This document shows positions 40,565 through 51,200 of a stretch of 64,000 nt of DNA, piece after piece. Numbering within the stretch: the stretch's first letter is position 1; every line of letters begins with the position of its first letter. The stretch is from assembly GCA_050273025.1 (NCBI GenBank), contig CP158635.1:5456001-5520000 (forward strand). Reading direction: 5' to 3'. Source of the DNA: Cenococcum geophilum (lineage: Eukaryota). A program made the position numbers and the translations under genes. The notes below the pieces were generated by a model. That model ran no database searches. It was not told where the DNA came from and was given only the letters and a program-made list of their open reading frames with translations.

Positions 40565-41370
40565 AGGACCGTTGCTAGAACTAGACGACCGTCGCCAGAA
40601 CCAGATGACCGTTACCAGAACTAGACGACTATCGCCAGCTAGACGACCGTTGCCAGAACCAGACGACCGTTGCCAGAGCTAGACGATCGTCGCCAGAACC
40701 AGACGACTGTTGCTAGCCAGACGACCGTTACCAGAACCAGACGACCGTCGCTAGCTAGACGACCGTTACCAGAACTAGACGACTGTTGCTAGAACCAGAC
40801 GACCGTCGCCAGCTAGACGACCGTTACTAGAACTAGACGACCGTTGCTAGAGCTAGACGACCGTCGCTAGAACCAGACGACTGTCACCAGAACCAGACGA
40901 CCGTCGCCAGAACCAGACGACCGTCGCCAGCCAGACGACCGTTACTAGAACCAGACGACCGTTGCCAGAGCCAGACGATCGTCGCTAGAACCAGACGACC
41001 GTCGCCAGCCAGACGACCGTTACTAGAATTAGACGACCGTTGCCAGAGCTAGACGATTGTCGCCAGAACCAGACGACCGTCGCCAGCCAGACGACCGTTA
41101 CTAGAACTAGACGACCGTCGCTAGCCAGACGACCGTTACCAGAACCAGACGACTGTTGCTAGAACCAGACGACCGTCGCCAGCCAGACGACCGTTACCAG
41201 AACTAGACGACCGTCGCCAGAACCAGACGACCGTTACTAGAACTAGATGACCGTCGCCAGAACCAGACGACCGTTACCAGAACTAGACGACCGTTGCTAG
41301 AGCTAGACGACCGTTGCCAGAACTAGACGACCGTCGCTAGAACTAGACAACCGTCGCCAGAGCTAGACGA
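40565..41370. repeat. 20/16-bp tandem array (CCAGACGACCGTCGCCAGAA)
   Basis: About 40 direct units with RIP variants. Confidence 0.9.
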
Positions 41371-41429
41371 CAACGACTAGCCAGCCAATACTATAAACGA
41401 TTCGATCGATCAATCGAATTAAGGTAGCA

Positions 41430-41790
41430 TAGACAGGTAGGCATAAACAGGTAGATGCTGACGGGTAGGTAGATGTAGACAGGTAGGTAGATGCAGACAG
41501 GTAAGCAGATATAGATAGGCAGGCAGATGTAGATAGGTAAGTAGATGCAGATAGGCAAGCAGATATAGATAGGTAGGTAGATGCTGACGGGTAGGTAGAT
41601 ATAAATAGGTAGGTAAATGCAGACAAGTAGATATAAATAGGTAGGTAGATGCAGATAGGTAAGCAGATGCAGATAGGTAGGTAGATGCTAACAGGTAGGT
41701 AAATATAGATAGGTAGGTAGATGTAGATAGGTAGGCGATGTAAATAGGTAGGCGATGCAGGCAGGTAGGTAAGTCAATAGGTAGATAGGT
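41430..41790. repeat. 18-bp tandem array (AGACAGGTAGGTAGATGC)
   Basis: Direct units seen directly. Confidence 0.9.
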
Positions 41791-43740
41791 AGAAGAGAAC
41801 CATCGCTGTATTATATTAAATTATCTAAAATAATAATATTTATTTTGCTAGCCTTATAAATAGCTTTAAAATAGCTTTTATTTATTTAAAATATATTATT
41901 AGTATAAAAGAGGTAAATATAATTATGGTTGCCAAATGCGCAGATTACTAGCAGGTTGCGCGCAGGTTGCGCGTAGGCTGCGCGCAGGCTGCGTGTCAAA
42001 AAAACACGACATAGGCTAGTCGGTCGAGTTGCCAAATGCCCTCAACTGCGCGCCAATTGCGTCAACCACCAACCATTGAGGCCATTGAAAGGGTACCATA
42101 TTTTGCCGATGTAGTAGGCTACTTATAGCAAGCACTATAAAGAGAAGCTTTTAATAACTACTTCTATATTTAATCCCTGCTTCCTTATTATAGCTATAGG
42201 AACTCCATTTGGAATCGTCGGCATATAAATAAACAATATAATTATCTTAGGAGATGACTAATTTTCAGCTCTTAAAGAAGATGAGCTAGTAAAGGTAAAC
42301 CTTATAGTAAAGCCAAAGGAAAGACTTAATTTAATAATACCATTACTCTTTAATAGATGCATTATTTCCCTAAACAAGGATTCCATTGCCCTACGCCAGA
42401 AAGGTTAAGGCAAAAAGATTAACGTTATTAACGTTAATTCTTTAAAGTAAGGATATATAGAGTAACGCGCTTATGGAGCTTATATAGCTTCTATCTATTA
42501 ACCTAAAGCTTTCTTTAATCTCTTTATTGCCGCCTAACACTAGGAACCAACTAAGGATAATATTTTTAACCTAAATAAGCGTCTTTCCTAGTAAATAAAC
42601 TATCTTAATTAGGGACTACTCTATATGCCTATTAATCTTCCTACTACTAAGCTATTTGTGTTTATTAATAGATCGTTTATAAATAATAAAGATTTTAGCT
42701 CTTAGCTAGGATATAAAATTATTATAGCAAACGAATCTACTGAAGAGAATAACTTTATAATCTACGGCAATCTTATCTATTAGAGCTTAACTAAGAGTAA
42801 ATATGTTACTTAAAGTGTTCTAGTGTTAGAGATATATAGAATAGTTAGTAGAGTTAATATAGCAATTACAATTGGAACTACCCTTAAGATAATTATAGAT
42901 TAACTCAAACTTCCTATTATCCCTACAATTATATACACCAACTTATATTCCCTCTACGAGTGTTTAGTTAAGCTTAGTACTATAAAGGAGAAGCGCCTTA
43001 TAATCGATATTATAGTACTTTAGTAGTTTTATAAGCGTTAAGAACTCTTTAAGATCTAATAGATTAATAGCTAAGATAACCCAGTAGATATAATAACGAA
43101 GGTAAACCCAAATAAGGCACTAGAGACGTTTGTTAATATAAATACTCTATATATGCGAGTTAAAGGTTAGGTTAAAAGGGAAATTTAAAGAAGTTAAAAT
43201 CTTATAGAACTTTAACCGCCGGTTAAAGTTGTTTAATTAGTTAGATTCTTGCTAAGAGCGCTACACCTAATTAATTTAGGTGGTGGTATAGAGTTCTACT
43301 AACGCTATTTGTTAAGCTGGCCAATTAGGATTTTCTATCCCTAGGATGGAAAATCGCCATTAGCTTAGCTAAGAGCGGTAAGCGGAACTAATATCTTCGT
43401 ATGAACCCGTACATCTACCTACGCTACCTCTTCCCCTTCATTTCTTCTTCTTCTTCTCCTTAGCTTTGTATCTTTATATGGTAGCAATCTATAAGTGTAT
43501 ATAGATGGTAACTACAAAAGAAGAGTTGCCAGTGTCGGGAATAAGGCAAGCGGTCGTCACGTGTCGTCACGTGTCGCCGCGGCACTAGCGTGGTAAGGAA
43601 CCTTAAATTCCTCACCCACCCCCTAATTCTAAATAATAAGCTTTATTAACCAATATCACTGTAACCCTACTCGAGTAGTCGTTATTGGTGAGTCACCCTA
43701 TATAACCAATAGTATAACTCTATTACGTATATTAGTTATA

Positions 43741-44166
43741 ACGTATTCCACCACCAAGCTGGCAGAACCACCGAGCCAGCAAGTCCATTTCCCTACTAAA
43801 AATCGTAAAAATCATAATATAATATCTTAACAACCACTTAATAATAAATTTTAAAAATTTATATTTAGACTTTCATATACGCTTTGCAGCTTCTATTAAA
43901 GTTGCATAATAATTAGTTTAGTAGTTTTTAAGATATAGTAATTTGGCTATATTTTGGCCCCCAAATTATAATATTTTAAAAACCACTCAACTAATTACTA
44001 TACAACTTTAATAGAAGCTGCAAAGCGTATATAAAAGTCTAAATATAAATTTTTAAAATTTATTATTAAGTGGTTGTTAAGATATTATATTGTGATTTTT
44101 ACGATTTTTAGTGGGGAAATGGACTTGCCGGCTCGGTGGTTCTGCCGGCTCGGTGGTGGAATACGT
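43741..44166. mobile_element. pogo-type foldback MITE (426 bp)
   Basis: ACGTATTCCACCACC...GGTGGTGGAATACGT with TA TSDs. The near-perfect inverted arms are about 188 bp around a spacer of about 50 bp. Confidence 0.93.
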
Positions 44167-44375
44167 TATATATATTTATATTATATAAAGGCTTTATATA
44201 AAACTTTGTATATAGAGGCTCTGCGCAAAGCTCTGTACAAAGCTTTTATATAGAGCCTCCGTAGTAGAGCCGTCGTACGCAGAGCCGTCGTGCAGAGCCT
44301 CCGTACGCAGAGCTTCGTGCAGGGCCTTAGTAAATATATTTCTGTTTCTTTAAATCATATATTGGCTCTCCTTTA

Positions 44376-45018
44376 CGAAGGCGCACGACTGTGAAATCCG
44401 TCCATTTTCACCGGTTGCCCAAGCGAGGATTTTTCCTAGCGAACCCCACTAAACTCTCCTCGCCCCACCAACCTTAATTAATTACATTTTCAGCATTTTT
44501 GCTATGGGAAAGCATGCTACGGACGTCGATAAGGCCATCTTCTTAACTTACTTGCTTTATGTTCATTAAGCTGAAGCTGCGCGCAGAGCAGGGCTTGCTA
44601 AATCGACTGCTACGGATATCAAGAATGCCGCTGCCGACGTTTAGGACGCAACGGAGGCTACAAAAAGAGGGCATTCCCCTACTTGAGCACATTGGTAACT
44701 CTCTTGAAATGAACGCAATTAAAGGGGTATGGATGCCATTAAGAATAGAGATTACATAGCAGTGGAATGCCCCACATATGATAGAATGGACTAATCGCGC
44801 GTGGAGAGCAGAGTGGGAGAAGTTTCCGCAAGAGAGGATACGTGCTTTAGTTACGAGAATGGCCGCTATCAATAACCTTATTACAGAGTTTGAAGGAGGG
44901 AATGAATTTCATGGTTAATACTTTATTTTATATACAATTTACTATAGTCTCTTTGGTGTTCTAGATTCGCGTGCGTAGCCAATTAAAAATGGACGGATTT
45001 CACCGTCGCGCGCCTTCG
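44376..45018 (+). mobile_element. Internally deleted Tc1-like transposon (643 bp)
   Basis: About 33-bp TIRs CGAAGGCGC(A/G)CGAC.GTGAAATCCGTCCATTTT with TA TSDs. An HTH-like N-terminus from ATG 44504 (AEAARRAGLAKSTA) is joined out of frame to a C-terminus with GNS(P)EMNAI(E)..W (the SPDLNPIE motif) ending ...EGGNEFHG* at 44918. Confidence 0.88.
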
Positions 45019-45400
45019 TATGTAGTTTAGTTGAAATTTTATGGATGCCAAGCCTTACCCAGATATTATCCGGATATTATCCGATATCCGGGCTATCCTC
45101 GGATATGATCATTATCCGCCTGACTAGATAGGATAATCTATCCTCCGCAGGTCTGGTCCCGCACGTTCGCGTAGTGCACCTACCAACGATTCACCGAAGT
45201 CTGATTTATAAGATAAAGATAAGCAACCTATCAGATTCGTTAGGGATCTTGGCGTAGGCTGAAGCTGAGTCACATGTAGCACCAACAAGACAAGATAGGC
45301 ATTAGTATTTCATCTCTGCCTAGGCTGCAACGGGTTGAATAGTCCTTTCTCTGCACGCAACCCGGTGTCAAAACTACTAGACTTTACACCGACGACAGCG

Positions 45401-46684
45401 ATGACTTCAACCGCTCCTGGGCCCCATTTTGGCCCCACGGCTGAAAGTTCACGACTGGCACTCCTAAACACAGCGCAAGACACAAAAGCTGTTTTTTTGG
45501 TACCACCCACAAGCCTAGGTTTCCAGGGCGAGCCACTGTCAAATAGGCAAGTTTCGACTATTGATTCTATCCTCCCAGCTTCAGAGTCCGGATCGGAGCG
45601 CAATATCACCTATTGCAGGCCGCCGGACCCATATCCGTCAAGTAAAGAGGGTAGTAGGGCAACTGATCCCGAGAGTAAGGGGCAGAATCATCAGATATGG
45701 GCAGCTGCTCATGAAATCGGACCTGAAAGGGCACCACAAAAGACAAGGCGGTGCATTGTATGCGATGAAGACATGTCAGAGGATCACTTCCCATCGCAAG
45801 TGACCCAGCATTGTAGTCACGACACATACACCTGCAAGTCATGCATCCAAGCCTGGCTGGCCTCGCAGCTTCAACAAAGAGGATGGGACATGATTGTATG
45901 TCCAGAGTGTTCTAGCCGTCTGCATCAAGATGATATGCAAAATCACGCGGATAGAGACACGTATGACAGGTGCGTTAAACAAATCTAGAATGGGTTTTAA
46001 TGCACACTAGTATTTAAGTATTGACTGTAAGCAGGTATAGTATACTCGCTAAGCGTGCAGCCTTCAGCGCAAATCCTAGTGTCCGCTGGTGTCTTCGTGC
46101 AGGCTGCACATCTGGTCAGATTCACAAGCCGACAGTTGATGGTCCAATGTTTGAATGTCAGGACTGTCATTCCCAATTCTGTATAGTACATAACGTGACC
46201 TGGCACACTGGAGAAACCTGTGAGCAGTATGAGCACCAACATAAGAACGAGGTCAAGAAAATAAATAAACAGCGCAAGAAGTCAGAAAACTGGAAGATCA
46301 CTTGGACAAGATTATGTCCACAATGCAGGGCGCCGATTCAAAAGACCGGAGGTTGTAAAATGATGCTTTGTAAGTTCCCTTGTTAGGGGTTTTGCAAATT
46401 GTTTTGCTGCAGGGTTTGCAAGGACTTATTGCGAAGCTAACATACCAATAGGTAGTAAATGCTCCTATCGTTTTAAATGGAACAAAGCTTTAAAGTACAC
46501 TCAAGGGGAAGACGATTGCGATATGTCAAAGCAGCTCCTTGGGAGTTTTAGGTCCAAGGTCATTCATTGGATATACCAGCCAACAAAAATCCAAGAATTT
46601 TGGGATGCAACAAAGCAGGGAGGAGCTTTTGTTATATTAGTCCCTAGTCAATATCTTATACGACTGGTAAAGAGGCGTAGATAA
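45401..46684 (+). CDS. RBR (RING1-IBR-RING2/Rcat) E3 ubiquitin ligase-like protein; exons 45401-45969, 46035-46369, 46452-46684
   Basis: RING1 CIVC...CSH...CKSC...CPEC, IBR WCLRAGC...CQDC...FCIVHNVTWHTGETC, and Rcat CPQCRAPIQKTGGCKMMLCSKC. Both GT..AG introns keep the frame, and the second has GTAAGT and a GCTAAC branch site. CpA is retained. The start codon and last exon are inferred. Confidence 0.85.
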
Positions 46685-46769
46685 TATTATAGCTTATTAT
46701 TTCTAGCCTTTATAGCTAGTAAATCACAATATAAATATTATAAATAGTAGTACTAAAAATTAATAAGTG

Positions 46770-47360
46770 TTATCTATCTATCGTAGTTACGTAAGGGGAT
46801 TTTTTTTTATAACTATATAATTGGGAGGTATAGGGCTATAAGGTCACTCTAGGGCCAGTTCTTAGCAGTTGTACTAGTACCTAGCACTTAAATCTGCTAA
46901 GGATTTGCCTTAAAGCAACTAAATGTCCCTAACTATAAGCCTATAGCTATAAAGCTATCTAACTATAATAGTCGCACTAAAGTAGGTTTTTAGCGGTTTT
47001 GCTAGTTCCTAGTACCTATTAAAGAATTACCTTAAAGCGCTATCTATATATAATATATACTAAGTATAAAGGATAGTAGGTAAGAAAAGTAAATTAGCTA
47101 TATAGTAATTACGTTTAATATTCGCAAATATTATAGGAGGTTTTAGTATTATATATTACTAAAATAGATACTATTAAGTAATATATAAACGCTAGTATCT
47201 ATCTATCGCAGTTATATAAGGGAATATAATTTTTTTTAACTATATAATTAGGAGGTATAGGGCTATACGGCTACTCTAGGGCTAGTTTTTAGCGGTTTTG
47301 CTAGTACCTAACTCTTAAATATACTAAGGATTTGCCCTAAAGCGACTAAATATTCTTAAG
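46770..47360 (+). repeat. RIPed direct duplication of about 165 bp (46770-46935 and 47195-47360) with a partial third copy between
   Basis: Shared tatctatctatcg.agtta..., ggaggtatagggctata, ctagtacc and taaggatttgcc.taaagc blocks. Confidence 0.8.
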
Positions 47361-48289
47361 CAAAGCTCTTACACCTAATAAGATACTACTACATTCTGCT
47401 ATATTCTGCTATATTACCGTATTCTACTATATTCTACTATATTATCGCATTTTACTATTTTTTATAGACCCTAACTTACAGACATAGCAATAATTAGTTA
47501 GTTAATTACAGTTATATTCAATTATATAGTAACATAACTAATCGAATTATAATTGCACCTAGTGATTTTGTTACGTAGATATAATAATATAATTATCCGC
47601 GGTAAGAATAGGTAGTAGTAATAAGAGAGCTATAGTGTTAAGTACTAGATCTAGCGCATATATCGCTAGTAGTAATCTATATATCTATACGTAGCTCTAA
47701 ACTAATTAAAATATATACAATATACGTCTATATGGGCCTGTAGAAGAGTAAGCGTATATAACGCGTCGTGGGTACTATATATAGCTCCCTTACCTTTTTA
47801 TCTACTACTAATCTGCCTTACCTTTACTACCTACGCTTTAAGCTATACCTCCCTTAGCTAATTCCTCTATACCACCTGCTACCCAAAAGAGAACCCATAA
47901 AGAAGCCACTACTAGCTCAATACTCAGCGATTACGATTTGCGTAAGTTTAATGATGTTATAGCTGCTCGCGAGGATCCTAATTACTAGATTAGTGAGCCA
48001 CTACTAAAGCGACGGTGCGCCCGTGAGGATGAGGCTCTTTAATCATTCGCCCTTAATAAGGCTTTAGTAGGCTTACTAGTAAGAGGCAAATTAAAACAAG
48101 AGCTCTCTTACTGTAAGTGGTGTTCCAATCATGGTGTTATAAAATCTTCCTTAAGTATAACTGCTTTCCGTTAACACCTTAAGAATATATATAGAATCCT
48201 TACTATACTAAAGCGATTTAAAGTTAATATGAATACCAAAGCTATACTTACTACATTATTTAATTAATAAGCTAAGAAATAAGTAACTA

Positions 48290-51200
48290 CCCGTGGCGTT
48301 TTAATTTTCGTAAACTTTAACTAACACTACCTCGCTAGCTTGGTGGTTGCTAGTACAGTATATAGGCTACTAAGGAACCTGTTACAGTGCTGTAATAAAG
48401 TAGACTAAATAACTACGTTATGGTATAAAGAGGGGAAGAAGGTAGAAAGGGGGTATTGTATACAAATAGTAGGGCCGGCCGCTAAGTCGCTAGTGGTGGG
48501 CCAGCCAATAGTAGGGAATAGTACGAGACAGTATAAAATAGTATGCGTTAGGTTAGTGCCGTAACAGTACTCCTCTCCCCTAGATGGTTTGGTCCCTAAA
48601 CTAAATAAATAACTTAAAAATAGGCAGTGTACGGGGTTGTTTATTTTCTACCGTAAAGATATTAGTTCCGCTTACCGCCCTTAATTAAGCTAATAGCAAT
48701 TTTCTATGCCGGGCATGGAAAATCCTAATTGGTTAGTTTAGTGAGTAAGGTCGGTAGAACTCTATACCGCCACCTAAATCGGTCCGTATGGCGTTTCTTA
48801 GCAAGAATTTGGCTAATTAGACAACTTTGACCGCCGGTTAAAGTTCTATAACATCTTAACTACTATAAATTTTAATGCGGTGGTCGGCCGCGACCTTAGC
48901 GTGACTTTTCCTTATCTTATACCCAGTCTAGGGGTCCTAGCTTCTTAGGGTGTTGCTTATAAAAGCGCTGTATAGCTTATTCGCAACCCTTTAGGTCTTC
49001 CTCTAGCTGCTAGGTTATATCCTTATAATATTTCCATTTAATCTTATAAGTTAGGCCCTAGGGGTCTTCGTTATATATATTAAGGATTTTCTTAAACTCC
49101 TATTTGTCTTCTATATTGCTATTATTATCTCTCTCTACTACTCGTCCTTGTATATTACAGCGCTTTATAGTATTAATATTTGCTTAGCCAGGGATCTCTT
49201 TAGTAGCCTAGAGGCGGACCTTAGATGTATAAAAGGATTTATTTACTTAGATGTGGTCCGGGAGGTCTATTATAACTGCCCTTTAGTATACTACGAGTAC
49301 GGGGTATAGGCCGTCCCATTTATTGTCCCATTTCTTCTTAGGTCTGTTTGTCTTTATATTTTCTAAGCTAACTATAACTATATTACCTTCATAGAATAAC
49401 GCGCTCTCGTCCTTATAGGTATTAGTATTATCTTTATAGCGTTGCTATAAAATCCAGGCTAGGGCCTTAAGCTATATTAATATCCGCTTAAAGCGGTTGG
49501 CCACAGAGTTTACGTAGAAGAACTCCTTCTTTGCTTGTGCTAATAGTGTCGGTAGGTAGGGGCCAGCAGGCTTAATTCTAAGGTGAGGGTTAAAGCCATA
49601 ATTTGCAAAAAACGGGGAGATGCCTATGCTCTCGTTGACTTGGTTATTCGTGGTAAACTTAGTAAGCGGTAGGTAGTTAACCTAGTCATCCTATATAAAG
49701 CTAACAAAAGCATAAAGGTATTTATTTACGGCGGCGTTAATAATTTTGGTTTAGCCGTCCGTTTCTAGGTGCTAGGCTAAGCTTAGTTGCAAGGTTATCT
49801 TAAGGTATTTACTTAGTTATCGCTAAAAGTCGCTAATAAATTATATGCCGCGATTGGAGATAATTGTGCTTAGTGCACCATGGAGCTTATATACGTTATT
49901 AATAAAGCCATTAACTAACTCCTTTATTAAGAGTCCTGTTACTAGAACGAGGTATTACATTTTAGTTAGGCAGTCTATAATAATAAGGATATATTTATAT
50001 ACCTTGCCATAGCGTTAATATACTAGCAGCGTTATAATATAGTTAATTAAGATATCGGTCTATAGGCGGGCGGGTAATTCTAGTAGCTTTAGGAAACCGG
50101 GCGGGGCAGAATAGGGGGTCTTAGTGCGAAAGTATAGGGCATAGTCTTTAATAAAGGTAGCTATAAACTGGGAGATTCCTAGCCACTAGTATGTTTGGTT
50201 TAAGAAGTTAAGAGTCTTAACCCGGCTAGGGTAACCAGCGGGGCCGCTGCTATAAGAGTAATAGGTAATTTCTAGGCGGAGGTCTAGGGCGTTAGGGATA
50301 AAGAGACGTTGGTGGAAGTAGATCTATCTGTCAATAATACTATATTCTAACTTATTATAATAGAGTAATTTCCTAATTTTCTTTAGCTAATGGCGAGCTT
50401 TCCAATTACGTAGGGCTATTACTATATCTCTTATAAGTTCGTTCTCCTAGTATTCTAGCTAGATTAACTTATCTAGTAACTTTTCGGCTATTTTAGGGTC
50501 TAGAGCGGCTATAAACTCCGCGTTATTAGAGTTACGGGACTTATATAGTAATTCTTCTAAGATTATAGGGTTAACTTTCTAGGGCGGTATAATAACTTAG
50601 GCTTAGTGGCGGAGGCGTTTATTATTAGCGTCCTTAGGCCTTATTCCTAGTAGCCGGCTTAGGGCGTTAGGGAGCGTGGCTTTGCTGCTAGGTCTATATA
50701 TAATTACAAAGTTAAACTATAAAAGGAACTCTGCCCACCGGACTTAGCACTAGTTTAGCTACTTAGTAGTTATAAACGTCTATAGATTCTTATAGTCGGT
50801 AATAATTTTAAACAGCTCCTTAGTCCCTTATAGCTTAGGACACTATTTCTCTAAAGCCTTAACAATAGCTAGGAGTTCTTTATCGTAGATCTTATAGTTA
50901 TATTCCAGCGCGGAGTGCTTTACAAAGAAGAATGCGACCGGTTTTAATTTTCTATTATTATTATACTGGGAAAGGACTCCGCTAGAAGCCTAATTCAATA
51001 CATCTATCTCTACTACTGTTTTCTTCGTATAGTTATAGTATGCTAGTATTAGTGCTGAAGTAAAGGCTCCCTTAAGGGCCTTAAACGATTTAGCTTATTC
51101 TGGTCCCCATAGCCATCTAATATCCTTCTTTAGAAGTTTTATTATAGGTGTAGTAATAGCAGAGTAGCCTTAGATAAATCGTTAGTAGAAGTTCGCGAAG

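Larger units (their letters stand above)
39490..42111. mobile_element. Non-coding TA-flanked TIR element composed of stacked minisatellites
   Basis: 14-bp imperfect TIRs CATCAGGAAAATAT / ATATTTTGCCGATG with TA on both sides. It interrupts the GTHWWAT codons that are intact at about 30609-30630. Confidence 0.85.
34988..43711 (+). mobile_element. Full-length GalEa-type Copia retrotransposon #3, interrupted in RT
   Basis: 179-bp LTRs (34988-35166, 43533-43711) and TSD GTATA. Its pol is nearly colinear with element #2. An insertion lies at 39490-42111. Confidence 0.92.

Noticed and set aside
40565..41370. CRISPR-like regular repeats
   Set aside because: There are no unique spacers and no cas genes, and the context is a eukaryotic TE. 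It is a plain tandem array.
43365..43400. Possible hammerhead ribozyme core in the shared module (CTAAGAGC...GCGGAAC)
   Set aside because: Even after de-RIP it does not give CUGANGA...GAAA with the required stems.
45310..46242. Overlapping alternative ORFs (45310-45609, 45561-45803, 45606-45842, 45997-46242)
   Set aside because: They are shadow frames of the RBR gene and contain no recognisable motifs.
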